Source of the DNA: an uncultured Chloroflexia bacterium
GTDB lineage: Bacteria > Chloroflexota > UBA6077 > JACCZL01
Length of the DNA stretch: 64,000 bases
Assembly (NCBI GenBank): GCA_963765765.1
Contig: CAVXYC010000015.1
Span: 640,001 to 704,000 of the forward strand
Reading direction: 5' to 3'
A program made the translations under genes and the position numbers. Of this stretch, positions 19,324 through 28,385 are shown one piece after another. The notes under the pieces are model-generated. The model searched no databases, was not told the origin of the DNA, and worked only from the letters and a program-made list of their open reading frames with translations. Position 1 is the stretch's first letter, and each line of letters starts with the position of its first letter.

Positions 19324-19436
19324 TCGGATCGCGTGGGGCGCCATCCGGAACAGGACACGCCCCCGTCAATCATCGCCGATGGTCGCCCGACATTCAGCGA
19401 GCTGAACGCTGAGGCGTATTGCCTTACGATCTCGTG
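19186..19436 (+). repeat. Inverted duplicated block, copy B (partner 15298-15544)
   Basis: Reverse complement of 15298-15544 with scattered substitutions. Confidence 0.85.
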
Positions 19437-19669
19437 GCACCCGGTTCGCGGTCCGCCAGCTTGGAACGAAGCCAGCGGAACATCGCGGTGCAATCGCCGT
19501 CCGTATGTCCGGCAGCCCGATACTCCGCTCCGAGCCTGTCTAAGATGGGAGCCGCGGCCAATCGCAGCTCTCCAAGGGCCTCGTCCGACGGGCTCCGCTC
19601 AACGGTGTGAAGCGCGACCCGGAAGCGTCGGAGCAGGTCGTCGCTGTCCTGGTTGTTCATCATCATCAA
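19424..19669 (-). CDS. Hypothetical small helical protein
   Basis: GAGGA RBS; amphipathic helices; its stop region is part of the duplicated block. Confidence 0.55.
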   Translation of the reverse strand: MMMMNNQDSDDLLRRFRVALHTVERSPSDEALGELRLAAAPILDRLGAEYRAAGHTDGDCTAMFRWLRSKLADREPGATRS

Positions 19670-20335
19670 AGAGTCCTCGAGTTTCCTCGTTGAGTCTCAC
19701 CTCATAACTTTGAACTGAGGTGTCTCGTGCCGCTGTGCCACGAGACACGGTCTGGTGGTGTGTTTCGCGCCGCGGCGTGGGTGGTCCATTGCGTTCAATA
19801 GAGATAGGGAGGCAGTGATGGACATCGAACACAGACTCGGACGACCGGAACGCGAGAACACGCGGCTCATGGGCACCTGATGATGGCGAGGCCCCTGCGT
19901 GTCATTGTCATCATGTCTGACATTCGATGGGTGTGTGCATCCCGATCCGCCGCAGGGTTCATTGAGCTCGCGAACCAGCGGTTGATGCGTGTTCTTCCCA
20001 CGGCCCCAGCGTCCCTCGGCCTGCTGTGAGCCTGGCATGTGCGTCTCCTGGCTCTCACGTCGTGTGTGCGCGTACCGTCCGTCTTGCGAATAGCGGAGGC
20101 GGTTATGGATCTGGAGCAGCGAGTGGCCCGGCTCGAGCGCGAGAATCGACGGTTGAAGGTGGGAGGCACCCTGGCACATGACGCGCTCCGTGTGCCCGAC
20201 CTCGGTCGGTGAGCTCGCGCTGGTGAGAAATATCTCTCCCGCTGGATGAGCACGATCCAGCTCCGCGAGGATCATCTTCTTGAGCGGGCGTACCGAATCG
20301 CTGGGAACGGTTGCCTGAGCCTCGCCCACTGTGGC

Positions 20336-21082
20336 TTACAGGGCCGCTCGCACCAGGTGCGGAGCCCCGCGCTCCGCCAGCGCGGGGTTGTCCCTACGCA
20401 CGAGCAGTGTCACCCCGGCGGCGATCAGCCAGATCGCCCAGGCGAGGTAGCTGAGCGCATTGATCGTACCGCCCAGCTCCCAACCGGCTGGCTCGGCCAG
20501 CCCGGCGGCGATGCCCGCTGCCAGGAGCACCCCGATCGCCCCAAACCATCGCGGCAGAAAAGCGGTGCGGAGCATTGCGACGGCTATGAGGAGCGTCCAT
20601 AGACCGGTGCTCAGGAACCCCAGGTGCTCACCGACAGCCATGCCGGCGTAGCGGTGAAAGGCCTCGAAGACCATGCTGGCCGCGGCGCGCTGCGCCTCAC
20701 TCGCGCCGGGGGCCATAGATGCTTGCGCCAGATGGGGGACGAGGAAGGGCCAGCGCAGGAACCCCAGTGTTTGAGACAGGCCCGCAAGAAGGCCGAAGGT
20801 GGTCGCGACCCACAAAATCACTGAGTTTTCGCGCTCCGCCAGGATGTGGTGCAGCAGCAGGGTGAGCGGAATAAAGGCCACTGCGGTAAGGGTCAGTACG
20901 TACCAGACCGCGACCAGCGGCGTGCCACCAGCCGCGAACTTGGCCAGAACTTCGGCAGTGGGTTGACGCAAGATGTCAGGGTACTCAAAAAGCTGCTGGA
21001 GCAGCAGAAAGCAGACAGTGAATACAAGGGGTACGATCACCAGGAGCGTGCCGGCGGCGCGTCGGAGAGAGGGGGTTGTCAT
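20336..21082 (-). CDS. DUF4386 family membrane protein
   Basis: FEYPDILRQP..EVL..F, GFLRWPFLVP.LA, H.YAG.AVGEHLG; multiple TM helices. Confidence 0.85.
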   Translation of the reverse strand: MTTPSLRRAAGTLLVIVPLVFTVCFLLLQQLFEYPDILRQPTAEVLAKFAAGGTPLVAVWYVLTLTAVAFIPLTLLLHHILAERENSVILWVATTFGLLAGLSQTLGFLRWPFLVPHLAQASMAPGASEAQRAAASMVFEAFHRYAGMAVGEHLGFLSTGLWTLLIAVAMLRTAFLPRWFGAIGVLLAAGIAAGLAEPAGWELGGTINALSYLAWAIWLIAAGVTLLVRRDNPALAERGAPHLVRAAL

Positions 21083-21489
21083 AGTCGGGTTCCTTTGTTC
21101 CTGGCCCCCGGCTTTGGTGGGGTCAGGGTTCCGTCGCATCAGCACCGTCTCCGGAGCTCTCTCTGACATCGCGCACAAATTCGCCCACCGTCAAAACCCT
21201 CGAAGCCAACCTCAGTGTAGTAGCGGGCGTGCCGAGCTGCATGAACGTTTCATCATTGGTCGCCGAATGGCTTGAACTTGAGGCTATAAGCCGCCGCTGG
21301 GTAGCTCCCTGGAACGCGGTGCAGATGGCAGCCGAGGCATCGATCCGCTCGCCGGACCTAGAATGGCGGTTACAGGAGTCGGCCTGCCTTAATCGGCACC
21401 CTCATTCCGATAATGGGGGTTATCGGAATGAAGGCCAGAGTGAACCTGCTTCCAAATCGTCGACCCTAAGCGTGAGCCGTAGCCGCTGC

Positions 21490-22512
21490 TTATTGCATGA
21501 TTTCGGTGGCCTGAGAGAGCACCGACGGAGGGATCGTCAGCCCGATCGCCTCCGCAGCCTTCAGGTTGATAATGAACTCGAATCGCGCGGGCAGCTCGAC
21601 CGGCAGGTCGGCCGGATCTGGCGCCCTTGAGAATCCGGTCCACGAAGCTCGCGGCGCGATGGTAGAGCGCCGTACTGCTGAACCCGTAGCTCATCAGCCC
21701 GCCCGCGTCAGACCAGAGTCGGACCTCATACATCGGCTGGGAGACGTCTGCTCGGAAGCGACCGCGGCAATCCGCGCGCTGTGGGCGGCGGCGAGGGGCT
21801 CCTGGAGCACCATCAGCGCGTCCGCCTGCGATGCCGCCAGGCTCTGGAACGCGCCCTCGAACTCATCAGCCCTCCGGACCTCGAGCGAGACGAACTCCAG
21901 GCCAAGCTCGTGCGTGGCCAGTTCCGCCGCCCTGAAGTCCGCCAATTTGGATACGTTGTTCGCGTTCCACAGGACGGCGACTCGACGCGTCGTTGGGACC
22001 ACCTCCTTGAGGAGCTCGAGGCGCTTCGCAACGATCCTGCCACTGTTGCCGCCGAGCCCAGTGACATTGCCGCCCGGCCGGGCAAGGCTGCCAACGAGCC
22101 CCGCACCCACCGGATCGTTGCCGAGAACCGTACCGACGATCGGAATGGTTGCCGTAGCACTTTTGGCCGCGAGCACAGCTTCCAGCCCGGTCGCGACGAT
22201 GAGATCGATGTCCAGTGCAACGATCTCGGCCGCAAGCGCTGGTCCCTGCTCCAACCTACCGTCCGTGAATCGGTACTCAATCAGCAGGTTCTGGCCTTCA
22301 ACGTAGCCTAGGTCATGGAGGCCCTGGTGAAAGGCCTCCATCAGCACGTTGTTCGGGGCGGCAGCGCCGATTCCGAGGTAACCGATGCGAGGAACTCGGG
22401 GCCGCTGCTGCCAGGGAGGCCGGAAGCCGCAAGCACTCACCAAGTAGATGGTCGTCAGGCCGTGGACGCCCCGAATGAACTGGCGGCGATTCCACCGGCG
22501 AGGCGCACACAT
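21490..22512 (-). CDS. Orphan ABC transporter substrate-binding protein (frameshifts near 21745 and 21620)
   Basis: RRQFI signal, PRIGYL, LGYVEGQNLLIEYR, DPVGAGLVGSLARPGGNVTG, KRLELLKE, GGLMSYG, VDRILKGA, IPPSVL. Confidence 0.88.
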
Positions 22513-22719
22513 AATGCCTGCGAGTATCCGCCTCACGGCTGGGAGCGTCAAATTACTCTGGCGACTGTAGCTGGCATACGTCTGTTCTGGAGAATGACGA
22601 TTATCGCAAGGTATATGGAGGTCGCTTGTGAGTGATGGAGTGCTGGCGACGGTGGACGTGGGTGAGCGCATCATTGCGCTTGCGATCGATACGCTCAATC
22701 CGAAGCGTGACTCGGCCGC

Positions 22720-22960
22720 TCTTGCAGGAGCCCGGGGTCGAAGTCATCGGGGAGGTGGACGATGCCGAAAAATTCCGACTTCCTCGGCGCTGCCTGAGCA
22801 CTCCTCTTTCCGATCGATTGGCCGGAGCCGTTCGGTCTCGTCATGGCGGAGTCACTGGCGTGCGGCACGCCAGTCATCGCCCGGCGACGCGGATCTCTGC
22901 CCGAAGTTGTGGACATCGCGTGACGGGGTTGATCGGCGAAACCGATGAGGATCTTGCCTA
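22720..22960 (+). pseudogene. Glycosyltransferase family 4 fragment
   Basis: Manual translation LLFPIDWPEPFGLVMAESLACGTPVIARRRGSLPEVV, preceded by VEVIGEVDD; both ends missing. Confidence 0.8.
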
Positions 22961-22969
22961 TACGTGGAT

Positions 22970-23380
22970 CTATGCGAAGGATCGCCTCGATACCGTGGTA
23001 CGCCATTGCGACGGGTTCCCAAATGGCCCATAGAGCTCGTCGTAAAACTCGCGCTTCACCACGAGGTCAGGGTCATACCGCGCTACCTCCGGTAGGTGCC
23101 CGCGAGGGTGCCCGATGATAACGTCGCTTTCGGTGATCCGGATGATGCCCTCAATCGGGAAGATGGATATCCCCTCACCCGGACCGAGGAAGTCGGCTAA
23201 AGCCAGCAGCAAGAACCGAACCTTGTAGTGGAGGTCGTCAATGATGAGATCGTCGATGGTGCCGATAAAGCGGCCATCGCTGTCCTTGACGGTCCATCCT
23301 CGGATATCGATGTCGGAGGTTGCGACGGTCAAGTCCGTGTCAGTCAAATTCCTGTGCGCCGCCGGGACCTGCATGAGCAT
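22970..23380 (-). CDS. PRC-barrel domain protein
   Basis: GGAGG RBS; DIRGWTVKDSDGRFIGTIDDLIID...VRFL...FLG.. Confidence 0.85.
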   Translation of the reverse strand: MLMQVPAAHRNLTDTDLTVATSDIDIRGWTVKDSDGRFIGTIDDLIIDDLHYKVRFLLLALADFLGPGEGISIFPIEGIIRITESDVIIGHPRGHLPEVARYDPDLVVKREFYDELYGPFGNPSQWRTTVSRRSFA

Positions 23381-23723
23381 GGTGACCTCCCTATCAATGC
23401 GGTTCGGCTTCGGTACCGGCGATACGCTCTGCGGGCAGCCCAATCCCACCGTGATCACGCGCACCGGTCACTCCTGGTGCAGCGCTCCACTAGCGAACGT
23501 GATGGACCCCATTCAGCGTCGCACACGTTCGACGATGAGTCATGATCGTTTCTTCATGCTGGTGTCAGTCCCATTGAGGGGATAGCGAGCAGCCGTTAAT
23601 GGCTCGATTGACCCATCGGGAACGAGGGCGCATAGTGCATAAAGACACGCACGGACAGTCGAACAGCCGACTCTGCCTGTTGAAGTCGGATCGGAGGCGA
23701 GCGGCGGAGGGGAAGGCGGAGCT

Positions 23724-24071
23724 ATGACATACCCAATTGATGATCTGCGCGACGTGACCGTCGGAGCGGTTGTCAAAGACTCAGATGGCGCTGTCATAGG
23801 CAGTGTCGAGGGGCTCGCGGTCGGGGATGATGGCGCGAAACAGTTCATGATCACACGTCATGGATACGCCGAGTATCTCCTCGCGGTTCCGCCGACGATG
23901 ATCGACGTGGCGAGCGGCGGGGAGGTCCGGTTGAACGTTTCGCTGCAGCGCTTCGAAGCGCTGCTATTTGAACCGGGCGGCGATGCTGGACCAACCCGCC
24001 CGAGTGAGTCCGCTGATGCAGTGCTCGGTCATCTCGAAGGAGAATCGTCCATGGGGCCGGCCATGGGATAA
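23724..24071 (+). CDS. PRC-barrel/DUF2171-like protein
   Basis: VGAVVKDSDGAVIGSVEG...LAVP...I......VRLNV. Confidence 0.7.
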   Translation: MTYPIDDLRDVTVGAVVKDSDGAVIGSVEGLAVGDDGAKQFMITRHGYAEYLLAVPPTMIDVASGGEVRLNVSLQRFEALLFEPGGDAGPTRPSESADAVLGHLEGESSMGPAMG

Positions 24072-24327
24072 TCGCCTCGTTGCCACAAGCAGGAACGATT
24101 CTCGATCGGGCCGAGTGGTGAAGTTGTCCACCGAGTCGCGGCGTGGATCGGTACTGACTGCCGGTTGGCTTCTGTGACTCCATCGGGCGGTCGCACAAGG
24201 TGGGTCTCAAGCGTCTGTTCACGCAGCAAGGCCGAGGTTCTCGCGATCAGTCAGCGTCGCCCCTTAGCCGCGCCCGATCTCTTGGTATTGACTCACTTCC
24301 TGTTCCCGATCATATCCAAGGACCACG

Positions 24328-24903
24328 GTGATGAACGCTATCGACAAGCAGACGGAACACGCCACGGTAATGACGCCGGTGCCCCTGAGCCCCGAAGCGC
24401 TACGCGCCCTCGAGGAACGGGTGGTGGTGACAATCGATCAACGCCGCGACACTCGGGATGTCAACAAGCTTCACGAGTCCTCGCTCACTTTTGGTCAAAG
24501 GGTCGCCGACCGCGTGGCCTCGACGATGGGGAGCTGGCCCTTCATCATTGTCCAATCCATCTTGTTGACGTTCTGGATTGGGCTTAACGTTTCGGAGCTC
24601 GTCTTTCGAGCCTGGGACCCGTACCCGTTCATCCTCTTGAACCTCATGCTCAGCTTTCAAGCCGCGTATGCGGCTCCGTTCATCATGATGAGCCAGAACC
24701 GTCAATCCGCAAAGGACCGCCTCGCGGCGGAGCTGGACTTGCAGACTAACCTGCGCGCCGAGGCGCTTATTGAGGATCTGCACGGCGCGATGGAAACGTT
24801 GCGGCGACATCAATGGAAGGATCTGCTCGATATTCAACAAAGCCAGATCGAGCTCATGCAGACACTGCTTAGGCGCGTGCCCGTCGCGACACCTGGCCCT
24901 TGA
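24328..24903 (+). CDS. DUF1003 membrane protein
   Basis: TFGQRVADRVA..MGSWPFII, WDPYPFILLNL.LS.QAAYAAP.IMMSQNRQ..KDR. Confidence 0.93.
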   Translation: MMNAIDKQTEHATVMTPVPLSPEALRALEERVVVTIDQRRDTRDVNKLHESSLTFGQRVADRVASTMGSWPFIIVQSILLTFWIGLNVSELVFRAWDPYPFILLNLMLSFQAAYAAPFIMMSQNRQSAKDRLAAELDLQTNLRAEALIEDLHGAMETLRRHQWKDLLDIQQSQIELMQTLLRRVPVATPGP

Positions 24904-25380
24904 GCGAGGTAGGCTAGTGGGGCACAGTCCCCGTCACAGCAAACACTCTGACGAGGCTTCGCCACGGCAAGCTCGCACCACGAGGCCCCCGATGCTTGGA
25001 TCACGCGTCCATTAACGGAGCCCGATCCAGATCCAGAAAGCCTCAGCTCCGCACACGGTGACCGGGTAAAGCTGGGCACGGTTCGACCCACGTCGTCATT
25101 GACGAGATGGAGGTGGCACGGCTCCTCCCAGGGCCAGCGACGGTCGGGGGGATGACTCGCCAGAGATCCGAGGATCCCAAACGCAGCGTGAGTAAACACT
25201 CATGACTCGTTGCCGCATGCGTGCCATGCTAAAGGGAGCTCATTAGCGGAAGCGGTGGGAGGCACTGTCGTAAGCCGAATCAGCCTCGCAAGCCGAGACT
25301 AATGGAGGGCCTGCCCATGAGCATCCCGGCGATCATCTCCATCGAAGTGGCATCCTCGATCTGTAGTTAGGGAGCGCATC

Positions 25381-25671
25381 GTGGCACTCGACCCAGGCGG
25401 ATTACTCATGTGGCTCATCGCGGGCCTTATAGCCGGCTGGTTAGCCGGCAAGTTCATGAAGGGAAGCGGTTTCGGGATGGTCGGCGACCTCGTCATTGGG
25501 AGTCTGGGGGCTTTCCTGGGAGGCCTGTTGTTCGGTGTGGTGATGCCCGGGAACAGCGTGGGCTTTCCTGGCACCATCGTCGTGGCCTTCATGGGCGCGG
25601 TTGTGCTGATCGGCCTTTTGCGGACGCTGTCTGGTGGGACGTGGGGTCTTGGCAACAGCTGGCGAGGCTGA
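25381..25671 (+). CDS. GlsB/YeaQ/YmgE family stress membrane protein
   Basis: WLIAGLIAGWLAGKFMKG.GFG..GD..IG..GA.LGG; GGAG RBS. Confidence 0.9.
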   Translation: MALDPGGLLMWLIAGLIAGWLAGKFMKGSGFGMVGDLVIGSLGAFLGGLLFGVVMPGNSVGFPGTIVVAFMGAVVLIGLLRTLSGGTWGLGNSWRG

Positions 25672-25894
25672 GTCCACGGCCACGCTCTGGTCGCCGGACG
25701 GCTGGGGAAGATGATCTGGCTCCTTCTGGGCGAGACCGGCGAGGATCTGGCCCGGAAGTGCACGAGTTGACACTGGGATCCCGTCAGCCGACCGACCAGG
25801 ACGATATCGCCACCCTGGTGACGCGCGAAGAAGCCTTTGCACCTTGGCTGGGTTGTCGCCCAGGCCGCTCTACCCCGATATGGAGGCCACCCGA

Positions 25895-26299
25895 ATGAAC
25901 TCACAGCTACTCGATGAGGCAATCAAGGTTGACATGGTCGTGCGCACGATGGACGGTGCACACCTCGGCACGGTGGCCGACGTGTGGCCAAATGTAGATG
26001 TCGAGGACGGTTGGGACGCCACGAGCTCCGTGCCGCAGCCGAGTGCCGAAGCGACCGATCCGGAGCTCTACACGTTTAGCGAGGGTATACAGGGTGGAGG
26101 CGATAGCTACTTTCGTCTGCGAACGCCGGATGGGGGCGACCTGTATGTTCCCTTCTCCGCGGTCGTTCGGGCGGACGGAGAGGCGGTCCAGGTCGCGGTC
26201 GACGAGGCGACCGTCCCTGGTCTGCAGTGGGACGTTATCCCCGACTTCATCAATATCACAACGAAGTCGGATAGCCAGGGCGGACCGCACGCCGCGTGA
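25895..26299 (+). CDS. DUF2171/PRC-barrel-like protein
   Basis: IKVDMVVRTMDGAHLGTVADV...DLYVPFSAV......V.V......W...P; GGAGG RBS. Confidence 0.7.
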   Translation: MNSQLLDEAIKVDMVVRTMDGAHLGTVADVWPNVDVEDGWDATSSVPQPSAEATDPELYTFSEGIQGGGDSYFRLRTPDGGDLYVPFSAVVRADGEAVQVAVDEATVPGLQWDVIPDFINITTKSDSQGGPHAA

Positions 26300-26350
26300 A
26301 TCGCAGTCTTGCGGATGACCGTTGGAACGCCGCGAGGCCACCGCGGCCGG

Positions 26351-27106
26351 TTATCGGGAGGTGTCGCCGATAGCCGCTTCGGACGGGATTTGGGTACCGG
26401 AGAACGTCGGCAGGAAGCGGTAGCCTTTGCCCGGTACCGTCTGGATGAACCGCGGCCTACGCCAATCGTTCTGCAGCTTCACTCGAAGGTTCCGAACGTG
26501 GCGGTCAACCACGTTACTCTCGGCCACGTAATCAGTTCCCCACAATGCATCCAGGATCTGATCGCGCGTGACGAGCTGGCCAGGGTTGGCCGCCAGCAAG
26601 TAGAGCAGACTCTGCTCGAGCCCCGACAGATGGAGCTCGGACGTTCCGGCCCGCACCTGGCGGTGGAGGATGTCGATCTCGATCTCGCCGAGTCGCAGCA
26701 CCGGGTCTATGGGCACGGGGCTCCCGAAGGTTCGACGGGTGATCGCGACCATCCGTGCGAGTAGCTCCTCTGGTGAGAACGGGACCGTCATGATATCGTC
26801 AACGCCGAGCTCGAACGCCGCGAGCTTGGTGGCGAGGTCACCCCGGCGAGTGAGAGCGAGCACTGCCGTTCGGATCCTATCCTCCGGGCCAACTTGCGCC
26901 AGGCGGTTGATGAGCTCCTCGCCGCCAATGTCCATGTCGATGACGGCGAGATGGGGTCGCCACGTCTCGGCGACTATTGCGGCCTCCGCCGCTGTTGCGA
27001 CGTCAGATGTGGTGAACGCCGCGTGGTTCAGCGTGAGCTTGATCGTCTCGACGAGCAACGGCTGGTCAACCAGGATCAGCACGCGAGCAGGACCGTTCAG
27101 TGACAC
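26351..27106 (-). CDS. OmpR/PhoB-family response regulator with atypical receiver
   Basis: Winged helix LSGLEQSLLYLLAANPGQLVTRDQILDALWG...SNVVDRHVRNLRVKL...IQTVPGKGYRF; receiver has LVDQ and MTVPFS (Lys missing). Confidence 0.9.
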   Translation of the reverse strand: MSLNGPARVLILVDQPLLVETIKLTLNHAAFTTSDVATAAEAAIVAETWRPHLAVIDMDIGGEELINRLAQVGPEDRIRTAVLALTRRGDLATKLAAFELGVDDIMTVPFSPEELLARMVAITRRTFGSPVPIDPVLRLGEIEIDILHRQVRAGTSELHLSGLEQSLLYLLAANPGQLVTRDQILDALWGTDYVAESNVVDRHVRNLRVKLQNDWRRPRFIQTVPGKGYRFLPTFSGTQIPSEAAIGDTSR

Positions 27107-27203
27107 ATTGCACCTTCCAGCATCATGCCTGCACGTGACCACCGACCGCACAAAAGCGGCTGGGTCCTGACCTTCGCGTTTCGATCGTCGTCAATGCGCC
27201 TAA

Positions 27204-27221
27204 TGATACATCTGATACATC
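27204..27221. promoter_or_regulatory. Tandem direct repeat TGATACATC x2 upstream of the OmpR-like gene
   Basis: Exact 9-bp tandem repeat in the divergent intergenic region. Confidence 0.35.
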
Positions 27222-27456
27222 CCACCCAAGAAGCGCCTTGAACTGCACACCGTGCGGCTGATCAATCACCAAATGACGGAAGGCTCATGACACGGACCTC
27301 ACTCCGTGACAGAGTGAGGGTGCGCTGACTGAGGAGACTTCTGCTTTGTCGCGGCGCTTGCATGCCAGTGCTGTCGGCGCTAGACGCCCATATGGCAACC
27401 CCGGCTCGTCTAGATGACCGGCGCTCTGTCACGGATTCGGCTATAGGACCATCATC

Positions 27457-28206
27457 ATGAGCCACGAAGATGCGGGAGGTGCATTGACCCTGATATATCC
27501 GGGACTCCCATCGCCCCCTTTAAGCGACCCCGGAATACGGATTGTCGAATGGCGCCGTTCCTCCGTTGCGCTCAGCGTGAATCGGCCACGACCTTCGGCC
27601 GCGCTATACGCCGGAATCGGGGCGAGTCATCTTGATGGGGAGCGTCGAGAGACGGATCGTGTGGACACCGCGTTTCACGAGGCGGCTCACGCGCTGATGG
27701 TCCACGGACTTGGCGGATTCGTCACGAAGGTGGACGGCGCCGGTCAAACAACATATGCCTGGCCACCGGAGCCGGTCGGGGGGACCGTCCGAACGGAGCG
27801 CATGCGCGACATGGTTCGGGCGGTGGTGCTCTACAGCGGCCCGGTAGCGGAAGAGCTCGATCGGCGACCGCGGGAGCAGCCGGGGACCGTGGCGATGGTG
27901 CAAGCCTGCCGGACATTGCCCTATCTCCAGGGTGCTCCGGGGCGGGATCCGCACCATGACTTCGACCGTGTAGCGGATATCGTTCGCGGAAAATTTGGCT
28001 CCCAGCCTGACTCGATGTTTCGATACCTGACGACGGCCGCTCGCCTGGCTGAGGATCTGGTCCGCGTGCACTGGGAGACGATCGAGCGAGTCGCCCACCA
28101 CGCCCTTCGTTGGGGCACCCTGGATGGCCCGATGTTCAAAAGTCTCGTGGCCGGGCGGCTGGGAAGGGGCGATCTCCGTCAGGCACTTGAAGCAGCCCAG
28201 TTCTGA
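27457..28206 (+). CDS. Stand-alone HExxH metallopeptidase-like protein (FtsH/M41-like)
   Basis: TAFHEAAHALM, LYSGPVAEE, D..., LVRVHWETIERVA..L...TLDG; no AAA or TM domain. Confidence 0.75.
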   Translation: MSHEDAGGALTLIYPGLPSPPLSDPGIRIVEWRRSSVALSVNRPRPSAALYAGIGASHLDGERRETDRVDTAFHEAAHALMVHGLGGFVTKVDGAGQTTYAWPPEPVGGTVRTERMRDMVRAVVLYSGPVAEELDRRPREQPGTVAMVQACRTLPYLQGAPGRDPHHDFDRVADIVRGKFGSQPDSMFRYLTTAARLAEDLVRVHWETIERVAHHALRWGTLDGPMFKSLVAGRLGRGDLRQALEAAQF

Positions 28207-28385
28207 GCATTCTGCTAGCTTCTGCCATGAGCCGCCGGCACCTGTTCTCGAGATCGCTGAGGGATGAGCAAACGTTCATGACAGGCACTCAGGCGGGTGC
28301 GATGCTGCCCATTACCCGAATCAGACAGGAGTCACGAGTGGCCGACGGGCGCGTGCTCAATGAGCCGCGCGAGCGAGGGATCACC

